Part shown: piece by piece, positions 1 to 11,723 of the stretch
Layout: every line of letters begins with the position of its first letter
Position numbering within the stretch: position 1 is the stretch's first letter
Source: Mobula birostris
Lineage: Eukaryota
Direction: 5' to 3'
DNA: 64,000 bases
Assembly (NCBI RefSeq): GCF_030028105.1
Contig: NC_092372.1
Coordinates: 173,172,058 to 173,236,057 of the forward strand
The notes under the pieces: generated by a model
What the model saw: the letters and a program-made list of their open reading frames with translations, nothing else
What the model was told of the DNA's origin: nothing
Database searches by the model: none
Made by a program: the position numbers and the translations under genes

Positions 1-48
1 TAGAGATGCTTCCTGTCCTGCGTTCACCAGCAAATTTTATGTGTGTTA
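1..48 (+). mobile_element. Penelope-like element terminal repeat end (runs off window)
   Basis: tagagatgct..ctgcgttcaccagcaa..ttttatgtgtgtt, the same repeat as 42240-42290. Confidence 0.7.
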
Positions 49-49
49 C

Positions 50-3000
50 CTTAAAACTATGCTCTCTCATGCTAACCATTTCAGCCCTGGGGAAAAGCCT
101 CTGACTATCCACACGATCAATGGCTCTCATTATCTTATACACCTCTATTAGGTCACCTCTCACCCCCCGCTGCTCCAAGGAGAAAAGGCCGAGTTCACTC
201 AACCTATTCTCATAAGGCATGCTCCCCAATCCGGCCCACATCCTTGTAAATCTCCTCTGCACCATTTCTATGGATTCCATGTCCTTCCTATAGTGAGGTG
301 ACCAGAATTGAGCACAGTACTCCAAGTGGGATCTGACTAGGGTCCTATATAGCGGCAACATTACCTCTCGGCTCCTAAACTCAATTCCACGACTGATGAG
401 GGCCAAGGCACCGTATGCCTTCTTAATCACAGAGTCAACCTGTGTAGCAGCTTTGAGTGTCCTATGGACTTGGACCCCAAGAGTCTTACCATTAATACCA
501 TATTCTGCCATCATATTTGACCTACTACAATGAATCACCTCACACTTACCTGGGTTGAACTCCATCTGCCACTTCTCAGCCCAGTTTTGCATCCTATCAA
601 TGTCCCATTTTAACCTCTGATAGCCCTCCACACTATCCACAACACCTCCAACCTTTGTGTCATCAGCAAATTTACTAACCCATCCCTCCACTTCCTCATC
701 TAGGTCAATTATAAAAATCGCAAAGAGTAGGGGTCCCAGAACAGATCTCTGAGGCACACCACTGGTCACCGGCCTCCGTGCAGAATATGACCCGTCTACA
801 ACCACGCTTTGCCTTCTGTGGGCAAGCCAGTTCTGGATCCACAAAGCAATGCCTCCTTGGATCCCATGCCTCCTTACTTTCTCAATAAGCCTTGCATGGG
901 GTACCTTATCAAATGTCTTCCTAAAATCCATATACACTACATCTATGGCTCTACCTTCATCAATGTGCTTAGTCACATCCTCAAAAAATTCAATCAGGCT
1001 CGTGAGGCACGACCTGCCCTTGCCCTATTCCTAATCATATTATGCCTCTCCAAATGTTCATAAATCTTGCCTCTCAGGCTCTCCTCCGTCAACTTACCAA
1101 CCACTGTAGTAAGACTCACTGGTCTATAATTTCCTGGGCTATCCCTACTCCCTTTCTTGAATAAGGGAAAAACATCCGCAACCCTCCAATCCTCCGGAAC
1201 CTCTCCCATCCTTATTGAAGATGCAAAGATCATTGCCAGAGGCTCAGCAATCTCCTCCCTCGCTTCCCACAGTAGCCTGGGGTACATCCCATCCAGTCCC
1301 AGTGACTTTTCCAACTTGATGTTTTCCAAAAGCTCCAGCACATCCTCTTTTTTAATATCTACATTCTCAAGCTTTTCAGTCCGCTGCAAGTCAACCCTAC
1401 AATCGCCAAGATCCTTTTCCATAGTGAATACTGAAGCAAAGTATTCATTAAGTACCTCCGCTATTTCCTCTGGTTCCAAACACACTTTTGCATTGTCACA
1501 CTTGATTGGTCCTATTCTCTCACGTCTTATCCTCTTGCTCTTTACATACTTGTAGAATGCCTTGGGGTTTTCCTTAATCCTGTCCGCCAAGGCCTTCTCA
1601 TGGCTCCTTCTGGCTCTCCCAATTTCATTCTTAAGCTCCTTATTGTTAGCCTTATAATCTTCTAGGTTCATATTATTACCTAGTTTTTTGAATCTTTCGT
1701 ATGCTTTTCTTTTCTTCTTGACTAGATTTACAACAGCCTTTGTGCACCACAGATCTTGTACTGTACCATCCTTTCCATGTCAAATTGGAACGTACCTACT
1801 CAGGACCCCATGCAAATATCCTCTGAACATTTGCCACATTTCTTCCATACATTTCCCTGAGAACATCTGTTTCCAATTTATGCTTCCAAGTTCCTGCCTG
1901 ATAGCCTCATAGTTCCCCTTACTCCAATTAAACGTTTCCCTAACTTGTCTGTTCCTATCCCTCTCCAATGCTATGGTAAGGGAGATAGAATTGTGATCAC
2001 TGTCTCCAAAATGCTCTCCCACTGAGAGATCTGACACCTGACCTGGTTCATTTTCCAATACCAGATCAAGTACAGCCTCTCCTCTTGTAGACTTATCTAC
2101 ATATTGTGCCAAGAAACCTTCCTGAATACACCTGACAAACTCCACTCCATCTAAACCCCTCACTCTAGGGAGATGCCAATCAATATTTGGGAAATTAAAA
2201 TCTCCCACCACAACCACCCTGTTATTATTACTCCTTTCCAGAATCTGTCTCCCTATCTGCTCCTTGATGTCCCTGTTACTATTGAGTGGTCTATAAAAAA
2301 CATGCAGTAGAGTTATTGACCCCTTCCTGTTCCTAACTTCCATCCACAGAGACTCTGTAGACAACCCCTCCATGACTTCCTCCTTTTCTGCAGCCGTGAC
2401 ACTATCTCTGATTAACAGTGCCATGCCCCCACCTCTTTTGCCTCCCTCCCTATCCTTTCTGAAACACCTAAAACCTGGCACCTGAAGTAGCTATTCCTGC
2501 CCCTGCACCATCCAAGTCCCTGTTATGGCCACAACATCACAGCTCCAGGTGCTGATCCACGCTCTAAGCTCATCCGCTTTATTCAAGATGTTCCTTGCAT
2601 TAAAATAGACACAACTCAAACCATCGGACTGAGTGCATCCCTTCTCTTATCACCTGTCTATCCTTCCTCTCGCACTGTCTCCAAACTTTTTCTATTTGTG
2701 AGCCAACCTTCCTTTCCTCCGTCACTTCAGTTCTGTTCCCACCCCCTCAGCAATTCTAGTTTAAACTCTCCCCAATAGCCTTAGCAAACCTTCCCACCAG
2801 CATATTGGTCCCCCTTGGATTCAAGTGCAACCCGTCCTTTTTGTACAGGTCACACATGCCCCAGAAGAGGTCTCAACGATCCAGAAATCTGAATCCCTGC
2901 CCCCTGCTCCAATCCCTCAGCCACACATTTATCCTCCAACCTCATTCTATTCCTATACTCACTGTCACGTGGCACAGGCAGTAATCCTGAGATTACTACC

Positions 3001-4020
3001 TTTGAGGTCCTGTTTCTCAACTTCTTTCCTAACTCCCTGTAGTCTATTTTCAGGACCTCCTCCCTTTTCCTACCTACGTCATTGTTACCAGTATGTACCA
3101 CGACCTCTGGCTGTTCTTCTTCCCACTTCAAGATATCGTGGACATGACCCTGGCACCTGGGAGGCAAACTACCATCCGTGTTTCTTTCCTGCGTCCACAG
3201 AATCACCTATCTGACCCCCTAGCTATAGAGTCCCCTATCACTGCTGCCATCCTCTTCCTTGCTCTACCCATCTGAGCCACAGGGCCAGACTCTGTGCCAG
3301 AGGCGTGACCACTGTTGCTTTCCCCAGGTAGGCCATCCCCCTCCCAACAGTACTCAAGCAGGAATACTTATTGTTAAGGGGGCCAGCCACTGGGGTACTC
3401 TCCAGTACCTGCTTCTTGCCCTTCCCTCTCCTGACTGTTACCTACTTCTCTGTCTCCTGTGATCCCGGGGTGACCACCTACCTTTAGCTCCTCTCTATCA
3501 CCTCCTCACTCTCCCTGATGCAGATGTGGCTGTCCGGGAGGCTGGGAGTCTCTAGGACCTCCCACATCAGACACCGAGCACAGAAAACCGGCCTCACACA
3601 CATACGCAAACAACAGGAATTCTGCAGATGCTGGAAATTCAAGCAACACTCATCAAAGTTGCTGGTGAACGCAGCAGGCCAGGCAGCATCTCTAGGAAGA
3701 GTTGCAGTCGACGTTTCAGGCCGAGACCCTTCGTCCTGACGGGTCTTGGCCTGAAACGTCGACTGCACCTCTTCCTAGAGATGCTGCCTGGTCTGCTGCG
3801 TTCACCAGCAACTTTGATGTGTGTTGCTCACACACATACTCTCTGTCTTTATTTTAAACAGATAACCTCCCTGGCCTCGACCCTTTATCGCCAAAGCCCT
3901 CCTACTCTGTCTCCCTCTATTCCCGCCCTGTAAATCTGTCTTCCTTTTAAACTCTTCCCGCTGTTCTCAATGGCCGACCTCCACGTGCTTGAGCAGTCGT
4001 TCACCGTTCAAACTGCCAAA
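50..4020 (-). mobile_element. CR1 LINE, near full length and decayed (ORF1 Zn-finger/SGNH esterase, ORF2 APE endonuclease-RT)
   Basis: ORF1 MCVRPVFCARCLMWEV and EQPEVVVHTGNNDV..VVISGLLP; endonuclease VFYRP, VVGDFNFPNIDW, GDSDH (1780-2481); RT region VPEDWRVADVFPLFKKG..PGNYRPVSLT (994-1671). Stops, frameshifts and internal deletions near 480 and 1020. Confidence 0.93.
3606..3826. mobile_element. Palindromic PLE-end mini-element inserted at the CR1 ORF1 start codon
   Basis: About 90-bp inverted arms (3641-3735 and 3737-3828); direct repeat ctcacacacatac at 3593-3605 and 3827-3839. Confidence 0.85.
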
Positions 4021-4089
4021 GAAACAATTATGGTGCTCAATTTTCTCATGCCACTTATTAGATAACTGAGAGCTAACAAAGGGACAGAC

Positions 4090-4690
4090 CAATCCTCATT
4101 GAAGGGTCACTGGGGGAAAAGGTAAGCAGCTTCAAATTCCCGGGCGTCATCATGGATGATTTATCCTGGACCCAATCCATTAATGCAATCACCAAAAAGG
4201 CGTGCCAGTGGCTTTACTTCATTAGGAGCTCGAGGAGATTTTTGTTATGCTACTAAAGACTCTTGCACAGTTCTATTGATACGCAGTTGAGAGCATTCTG
4301 ACTGCTTGCATCGCTCCAACGCACAGGATCGGAGAGTTGGAGAGTCAGCCAGATGCATCATGGGTACAATCCCACATCGTCAAAACGTCGTGCCCCAAGA
4401 AGGCACCATCCATCGTTAAGGAGACTCACCTCCTGGGACAAGCACTCTTCTCATTATTCCCATCAGGGAACAGGCACAGGAGTCCAAAGACTCACACTCA
4501 ACATTTTAGGAATAGTTTCTCCCCCTTCACCATCAGATTTCTAAACAGTTCGCTAACTCATGAACACTACCTCATTACTCCTCTTTTGCACGATATTTAT
4601 TTTTGTAACTTATAGTAAGTGTTACGTCTTTGTGCTGAACTGCTGCCACAGTACAACAAATTTCACATCATATGTCAGCGATAATCTCAT
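4090..4690 (+). mobile_element. Rex1/Babar-type LINE 3' fragment, old
   Basis: Decayed SFKFxG..DDLSW..KKAxQ motif, ESILT, and HxLFSLFPSGxRxRS..FRNSFSP, followed by a T-rich 3' UTR. Confidence 0.7.
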
Positions 4691-5247
4691 TCTGAGCATC
4701 TAATGCATTTGGACATGCAAACCCTTGGAACCATCTGGATGGCAAGGAAATTATCGAAATGCAATTCAAACATACAAGTTGCAAGTATAACATTAACTCA
4801 CTGCCTCTGATAATAGGTGGTTAAGTTAGTTGATACTGGATAGGTCATAGTCTGTGACATTTGAACTAGAACAAAAAAACTAATTTCATAACATATGCCA
4901 GTGGTAATAAGCCTGCTTCTGATTCTGGGAGACAAAACAAAACTGAAAACTATAATAAAACAATGAATGTCTAGCTTTCAGTATTAACAACAGATAATGG
5001 AAACCCTAATTTTAAGTGCTTATCTTTAATACAGAAAGCCAGGCATTCATTGTTTTTAAGAGAGTTTTGGAAAAGTGTGCAATTTCAAATTTATTTTCTT
5101 CTTGCTGCAGTACCTTACTCTTCTCACGGTGTGTCAGTGTAACACACCTTATGAAATAGCCTCTGACGCACCCTCTGCCTGCAAGTACAATATACTGCAG
5201 GAATATTAGCCCAGTAAACTCTCCCCGTGAAAACAGCTATCATAACA

Positions 5248-6008
5248 CAGTGAAATCCCATTGGGACAACTCTTAAAAAACAAAGACTACTTGAGAAAAT
5301 AGCTGGGATGCCCTTCATTTATTTGAGACACTATGCCGTTTAATTGAGACAGGAGCTTGTATCTAACTAGTGTCAGTCACCTGCACTTACGTGACTGTTA
5401 GACACTGCATTGTACTTACAGCGAACAGTTTTCTAATAGCATCAACTGCATGTGTTTGTGTTCAAAAAACAGTGATTTTTGTCACTGATAACTGGTGAGA
5501 AATAAGCAATAAGAAATTTGGAACCATTTTGCTCACTGCAGTTTCAAGCATTCAGGCTCGGAGATGCCAGAAATGTCCAGGAGTGAAAATGAAATTATTT
5601 CACTACTTCGACAAGTTAGGAACTACAAAGAACTTGAAGGTAACAATAATCATCTTGAATGTTACAATGAAAATGAAGATTTGGAAGGTGCAATCATCAA
5701 CAGCATTGTGCGTAGGCAGTTCATTATCTGCACCAAGTCTCTGCACTGGTTTGGTTCATTGTGTACACTGGATGAATTCCTCTGTCAATAATTATTAGGA
5801 ATTAATATAGTTTTACAGTACTGTTAGGAGTATTGATACTGTTATAATTTGTTCTGTATCTCATTTAAATACATAATTTGTTACTCAATAAAACAATAGT
5901 TTAGCTTTTTTTTAATACCTTTTTAACTATTTCCATTAACTGGAGCAGCCACATAATTGGGCCAAAATGTACTGGTCCTGATATAACCCAATTAACCAGA
6001 ATCTACTG
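5248..6008. mobile_element. Non-autonomous pogo/Tigger-like DNA transposon
   Basis: Right end cccaattaaccagaatctactg|ta (CAGTAGA-type TIR plus TA); decayed cagtg..ttgggac left end; acidic remnant ORF at 5564-5791. Confidence 0.55.
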
Positions 6009-6399
6009 TACAATGAAAACTACCAGACTATTTTAAATCAAAATATTTCTTGGCAATTTAGTTCATCAACTCCTCTCCTCTTCAGACCACTAGCACTTTG
6101 CAAATCTTGCTGCTGGCTGCATAAGTGGTGACAAACCAGTAGATGAATAGATGTCCCTCAGCCTCCGGGAATGCAACTTTCTATGAATATTATACAGAAA
6201 ATTGATCCCTCTCAGAAAACATCAAACACTTGTACATAGAAGCAGACCATTCTGCTCCTTGGCCCAATTCTGTCTTTCAATTGTAATTATGTCTGTTCTT
6301 TCACCTCAGCACCAGTTTCTTACACTAATCTCATAATTCCCTATTACCATAATATCTAACAATCCATTCCTCTATTTTCACGGCAGATCAAGAGTCATT

Positions 6400-7570
6400 G
6401 CAGTGTACAGACAGAAACTGGCCCATCTTCATGCTAATTCCATTTCTAAGCATTTGACTTGCAGTTTTAAAGTGTTCACCTAAATACTTATAAAAATGTG
6501 AGAATATCAGCCTCTACCAATTCCTTAGGAAACATGTTGCAGATTTCAACTGTTTTATGAATTAAGAAAAAAATTCTTCCCCAAATCTTATCGTAAACCT
6601 CTGCTCTCAGGCCATGGATACCTCTGCTAAGTGGGAGTAGTTTCTCACTATCTACCATATTTACTCTCCTCAATTTTTGTATACCTCAAATCAGATTCCA
6701 AACACACATCCAACCCCCTTTCCAAAGTAAACAACCCCTGCCTATTCAATCTCTCCTCACAGATGATATCTGGTGAATCCATCTGCACTCTGTAAGTGCA
6801 AATCACATCCTTCTTATAGTGTGTTGACCAGAACAACACACAATACTTTAAATGTGTCCTAACAATTTACTCAACTGTGCCATAACCTCCCAATTCTTAA
6901 ATTCTATGTTCCAGTTAATGAAAGTTCACTTTGCATATGCCTTCATAATTTAAGTTGGCAACCACGTTCAGAGATGCTTGGATTTTATAATGAACTCTAT
7001 TTGATTCTTTCATTCACCAGTAGTTCCATTTGATGTATATACTTTTTGCTAGTAAATCTCCCAAAATGCATCACTTTACATTATTCATGTATGTATTACA
7101 TTAAATATATAATTTATGTATTCACTGCATTAAACTCATCATTATCACACTAAAACTGAAGACTACCTTTCTTACTATAAACACCAATCTTTACGGTTAC
7201 TAAACACTGAGGCTCCACACTCTCTTGGATAATGATTTCCAATATTCACAATTCTCTGAGTGAAACTGTTTTTCATCAGTCCTGAATGGCAAGCTCCTTA
7301 TTTTGAAACCATATCCCCTGGTTCTAGACAGTCCAGGCAGGGAAGATATCCACTCAGCATCTTTGGGCCTTCCTGACCTCGTAGGAATATTGATTCTTTC
7401 AATGGTCTCCCATTCTTCCAAACTCTAAAGAGTACCAGGTTTTACTGCTACATTCCTCCTCATACATAAACATCTCACTGGGGAATCGGCCAAACTTCTG
7501 TCCATTGTATCACCAATGTCCACCTTTCTCTGAAGTGAGAAAGCAAATCTATATATTCCAGTTGCAGTCT
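6400..7570 (-). mobile_element. Old CR1-type LINE 3' fragments
   Basis: Minus-strand remnants FWSTHYKKDV, EERLNRQGLFTLE and SRTRGYGFKIRSLPFRT. Confidence 0.65.
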
Positions 7571-7576
7571 CTCTAG

Positions 7577-7809
7577 GGGGAGGGAGGAAACGTCGACTCA
7601 GACCATGAGAGGCCTGCGTCGGGCGTTTTCATGCTTTCAAGGCGCAGATTGGAAGTCTGTGTGGGGCGCCACTCCTCGCACAGACATTAGAGCAATGTGT
7701 GATTAAGTGCCTTGCTCAAGGGCACAAACACACTGCCACAGCTGAGGCTCAAACTAGCGACCTTGAGGTAACTAGACGAACGCCTTAACCACTTGGCCAC
7801 ATGCTCTAG
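7577..7809 (-). mobile_element. tRNA-derived CORE-type SINE
   Basis: Minus strand begins with A box GTGGCCAAGTGGTTAAGGC, followed by CORE-like GTGCCCTTGAGCAAGGCACTTAA. Flanking repeat agtct(ct/cg)ctag at 7566-7576 and 7810-7820. Confidence 0.75.
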
Positions 7810-9152
7810 AGTCTCGCTAGAGTCTCATTTAGAGTCCCATTCAATTATTGCAAAAACATCTATCTCTTACTCAAATACTCTCAAAAATCAGCAATAAAAC
7901 AGAAAATGCTGGGAAACTCAATGGTTCAAGTAGTGAACGTGGAGACACACAGTTAGCTTCAGATCTGGGACCTTCATCAAAAGCTACCATATTATTTGCC
8001 TTCTTAACTGCTTGCTAAACTGGCATATTAACTCAAAGAAAAATCAGTTCTGATGAAGAGTCCTTAAATTGACTTCTTGCAGTTTGGTATATGGAAAAAA
8101 TGTAATATCTACAAATGTAAAAATACATCTAGTTAACAGAGCATGCTAAATGATGCCCTGATTTAGCTGGTACTTCTGGATTATATAAACAACAATACTT
8201 CACATGGCCTTTGCTAACTTCCAACATTCTTCATCAATGAGAGGGATTATGAAAAATTCTTCTCATTTGACTGCTTTCAAAAAAAACTTCTAACAGTTTA
8301 TGTCTGCTACAGAGGAATAGCAAACCTCTATCCTAATCAGTGGGTCCACAACAAATTATGAACTTAGAAACACAGAAGCAAAAAAAACTTATTAAGCTCT
8401 TTGACCTACTCTCTCCTTCAAGATCACAACTTGACCTTCTACTTCAATGCCTTTTTCCTGTACAAGCCCACATCCCTTCAATCCACTTAATATCTGTTTA
8501 TCTCAGTTAAGAATAAATTCAAAGACTGCACCTCCACAGTTGTTCAGGGTCAGGAATTCCAAAAGATTCACCAGTTTGCTGCAATTCCATGATGGCTTCT
8601 AGTAACTTATGCCCAAGGACACCTTTGATTAATATTGGTACTTAATCTCTCATAATTTTAAAAAACTTTTATGTTCTATTATGTTCTTGCCCACTCACTC
8701 ACCTTCTCCACATTCCCTTGAATGTAATTTATACCTTCTCCCTATTCAAAATCCCACTTTGTTCACATCTTGAGCAAACTTGTAAATATGCCCATTGCAC
8801 TCAAGGGAGAAGAAACCACCAGTCATCTTTTCACACTATCCCTCACCGCAATATTGCATCTTCCCTCCAACAGGGACCGGCTGGAGAAGAGTTCATCTAC
8901 AGACAAATGGAAACTGATCCACACTGCCACATTAAACCAAGGTTACTCCATTCTTGGTCACTGAGTTACACTACTCTGATGATACTTTTACATCTGTATA
9001 CTCCGAAGCCAAGGTCTAATTCATTATTAATTCCTCCGTTGAAATATATGACATAATCGGCCTAATGTTAACTACCTGAAAGATAACAACCATTCATTAA
9101 CATGCCCCTACGCACATGGTCTCATTACCATAAATTTCCAAGGAAAATATAG

Positions 9153-9868
9153 ACACGAGGAAATCTGCAGATGCTGGAAATTCAAGCAACACACACAAAA
9201 AATGCTGGTGAACACAGCAGGCCAGGCAGCATCTGTAGGAAGAGGAACAGCTGACATTTCGGGCCGTGACCCTTCGTCAAGACTAACTGAAAGAAGAGAT
9301 AGTAAGAGATTTGAAAGTGGGAGGGAGAGGGGGAGATCCGAAATGATAGGAGAAGACAGGAAGGGGAAGGATGGAGCTAAGAGCTGGGAAGTTGATTAGC
9401 AAAAGGGATATGAGGCTGGAGAAGGGAGAGGATCATGGGATGGGAGGCCTAGGGAGAAAGAAAGGGGGAGGGGAGCCCAGAGGATGGGCAAGGAATATAG
9501 TGTGAGGGACAGAGGGAGAATAAATAAATAAATAAGGGATGGGGTACGAAGGGGAGGTGGCGCATTAACAGAAGTTAGAGAAGTCAATGTTCATGCCATC
9601 AGGTTGGAGGCTACCCAAATGGAATACAAGGTGTTGTTCCTCCAACCTGAGTGTGGCTTCACCTTGACAGTAGAGGAGGCTGTGGATAGACATGTCAGAA
9701 TGGGAATGGGATGTGGAATTAAAATGTGTGGCCACTGGGAGATCCCGCTTTCTCTGGCGGACAGAGCTTGGTGTTCAGCGAAACCCCAGCCTGCGTCGGG
9801 TCTCGCCAATATATAGAAGGCCGCATCGGGAGCACCGGACGCAGTATATCACCCCAGCTGACTCACAG
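9153..9868 (-). mobile_element. Penelope-like element, 5'-truncated (GIY-YIG C-terminus, 3' UTR, mutated hammerhead at 9249-9284)
   Basis: Colinear with the PLE at 43342-44090. Hammerhead core is TTGACGA (C3 mutated). Confidence 0.85.
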
Positions 9869-10204
9869 CTCCTCCCCCACTTGGCACAGAATCCATGCAT
9901 CCCACCACTTCAGAACCTGAGGCAACGGAACCCTCTAAGGAGGAGGAACATGCAAGAGAATTGAGGACAGTTTCAGTGTCTTTCAATTTTCCTTAATTCC
10001 ATTTTGCAATGATCACCACTCAAGAATCCAGCAACTCAATACATCTTAAATAAACTGAGCCATCACACTGGAACCTGGAATCTCTCAGTTTCACAGAAGG
10101 ACAGCACAAACAGAGGATGTGAAAGATGTATAGGGACTGAGTGACAAAGAGAAAGTCAGGAGCAATGGTGGTTGAAATAAACACTGCCATGGCTAACAGC
10201 TAAT

Positions 10205-10305
10205 GCACTTATTCTGGCTTCTTCCCCCTTCCTTTCCAGTCCTGATGAAGGGTCTTGGCCTGAGACGATGACTGTATTTTCCTTTTCGTGGATGCCCTGC
10301 CTGTG
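10205..10305 (+). mobile_element. PLE terminal fragment with decayed hammerhead
   Basis: ccagtcCTGATGAagggtcttggcctGAGAcgatgactg at 10238-10273. Confidence 0.65.
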
Positions 10306-11677
10306 TTAACGCACTTCATTGTTTATTTTCCCCAGTTTAGGGAAACAAATGAATTAGGGAACTGCATATGAAAACAGCTTCACCTTTTAACATCCATTGC
10401 ATTTCCTGTTTTAACTATTCCTAATTTATTTTAATGTAGAAATACAAATCTGTGATGTTTGAAAACACAATAAAATATCCCCTTTAATAAAAAAGCAGTT
10501 GGAGTAAATTTTACAATCACTGACCCAGAAGAATCACTTCTACAATAACATTCAGGCCTTAAAAGAACACTTTGTTCAAAAATCTAAGCTTTAGACAATG
10601 GTCAGCATTTCAGATCAATGATCAGAACTGTTTAAAAAAATAAGTTTATTGAAACGTTCTGAAGGTTCTTTTGAGTTGAAGAGAAGAATTTATTTTGTGG
10701 TTAGCAGTGTGAATGCAAGAATAGTTTGGTCAGTTCCCCAGTTTTAAACTCCTAATCCATGGTTGTTCCAAGGACAAAAAGAAGTCAGTGTGAACAGTGC
10801 CGATTAAATCATCTGCCAGTCAGAGCTCCATGGAGAGAGATGATGTCAGGAACTGCCCATGAATGATTTTTCTCCAGGTACAGTATTTATTACACCATTT
10901 GCAGAGTGCAGAGCTAAAAGTACGAACGATCAGTACAAGGATATATGGCAGTTAATTCATTGCAATTAACATCCACTTGGCTCAGTTGATATAGATTCTC
11001 ATGTGAATCAGCAACGCGAGGCCTCCAGACACATTTCAGAATGGCCAGTCTGGGTTGACAGTTTCCACTATCGAGCAGCAAATGACTAAGGCTATTTTTC
11101 ACTATTTCATACTACTACTAAAAAAAAAAGATAAGTGCACTTATACACATTGCATCTATAGAATAATTAACTTGGGAAAAATACTCGCTTTTAAAATCAT
11201 ACTTTATTTCCTCCTCTGAGGATTTACCCATTGGCTAACTGCTGTTTCATTAACAATAAAGGGCATCCTTCAAAATCATTCTTCTCTGGTTCTTTCTAGT
11301 ACATCAAACTAATAGGAGGACCGGATACAGGGATTTTTTTTTGTAAGGATGCTGCTAAATCATTGTCGCCATTGTAGACAATGGTCACACTCTCCACACT
11401 CCAATTCCTAACAAAATTCACTAGTGACCAGTTGAGAGAACTTAGACGCCACAATTGGGAAGGGGACATAAGGATAGATTGGACAAACTTGGGTTGTTCT
11501 CCCTGGAGTATTGAAGGCTAGGGGGAGACAGGATAGGGGTTTCAAAATTATGAGAAAGATAGAATAGACAGTCAGAATCTTTTCTCCAGTGTAGAAATGT
11601 CAAAGACCAGAGGACATGTATTTTTGATCAGTGGGGTGAAGTTTATAAACTATGTGAGAGGCATTAAAAAAAATTAT

Positions 11678-11679
11678 AT

Positions 11680-11723
<44 letters not shown>
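11678..11723. repeat. (TA)n(CA)n microsatellite at the Tc1 insertion site
   Basis: Directly visible. Confidence 0.9.

Noticed and set aside
5124-5318. Minus-strand hydrophobic ORF as a possible cmtm8 exon 2
   Set aside because: No match to the expected LGLLVW..FGWVMFVAV sequence, and it overlaps a pogo-like MITE end.
7740-7803. tRNA-like sequences here and near 42610-42675 and 55390-55450
   Set aside because: SINE heads: they continue into SINE bodies, two have TSDs, and no intact cloverleaf is evident.
8700-10200. Possible ancient RTE LINE remnant surrounding the PLE at 9153-9868
   Set aside because: Only faint motif traces (IYR..GKL, Y.DD); too decayed to support by eye.
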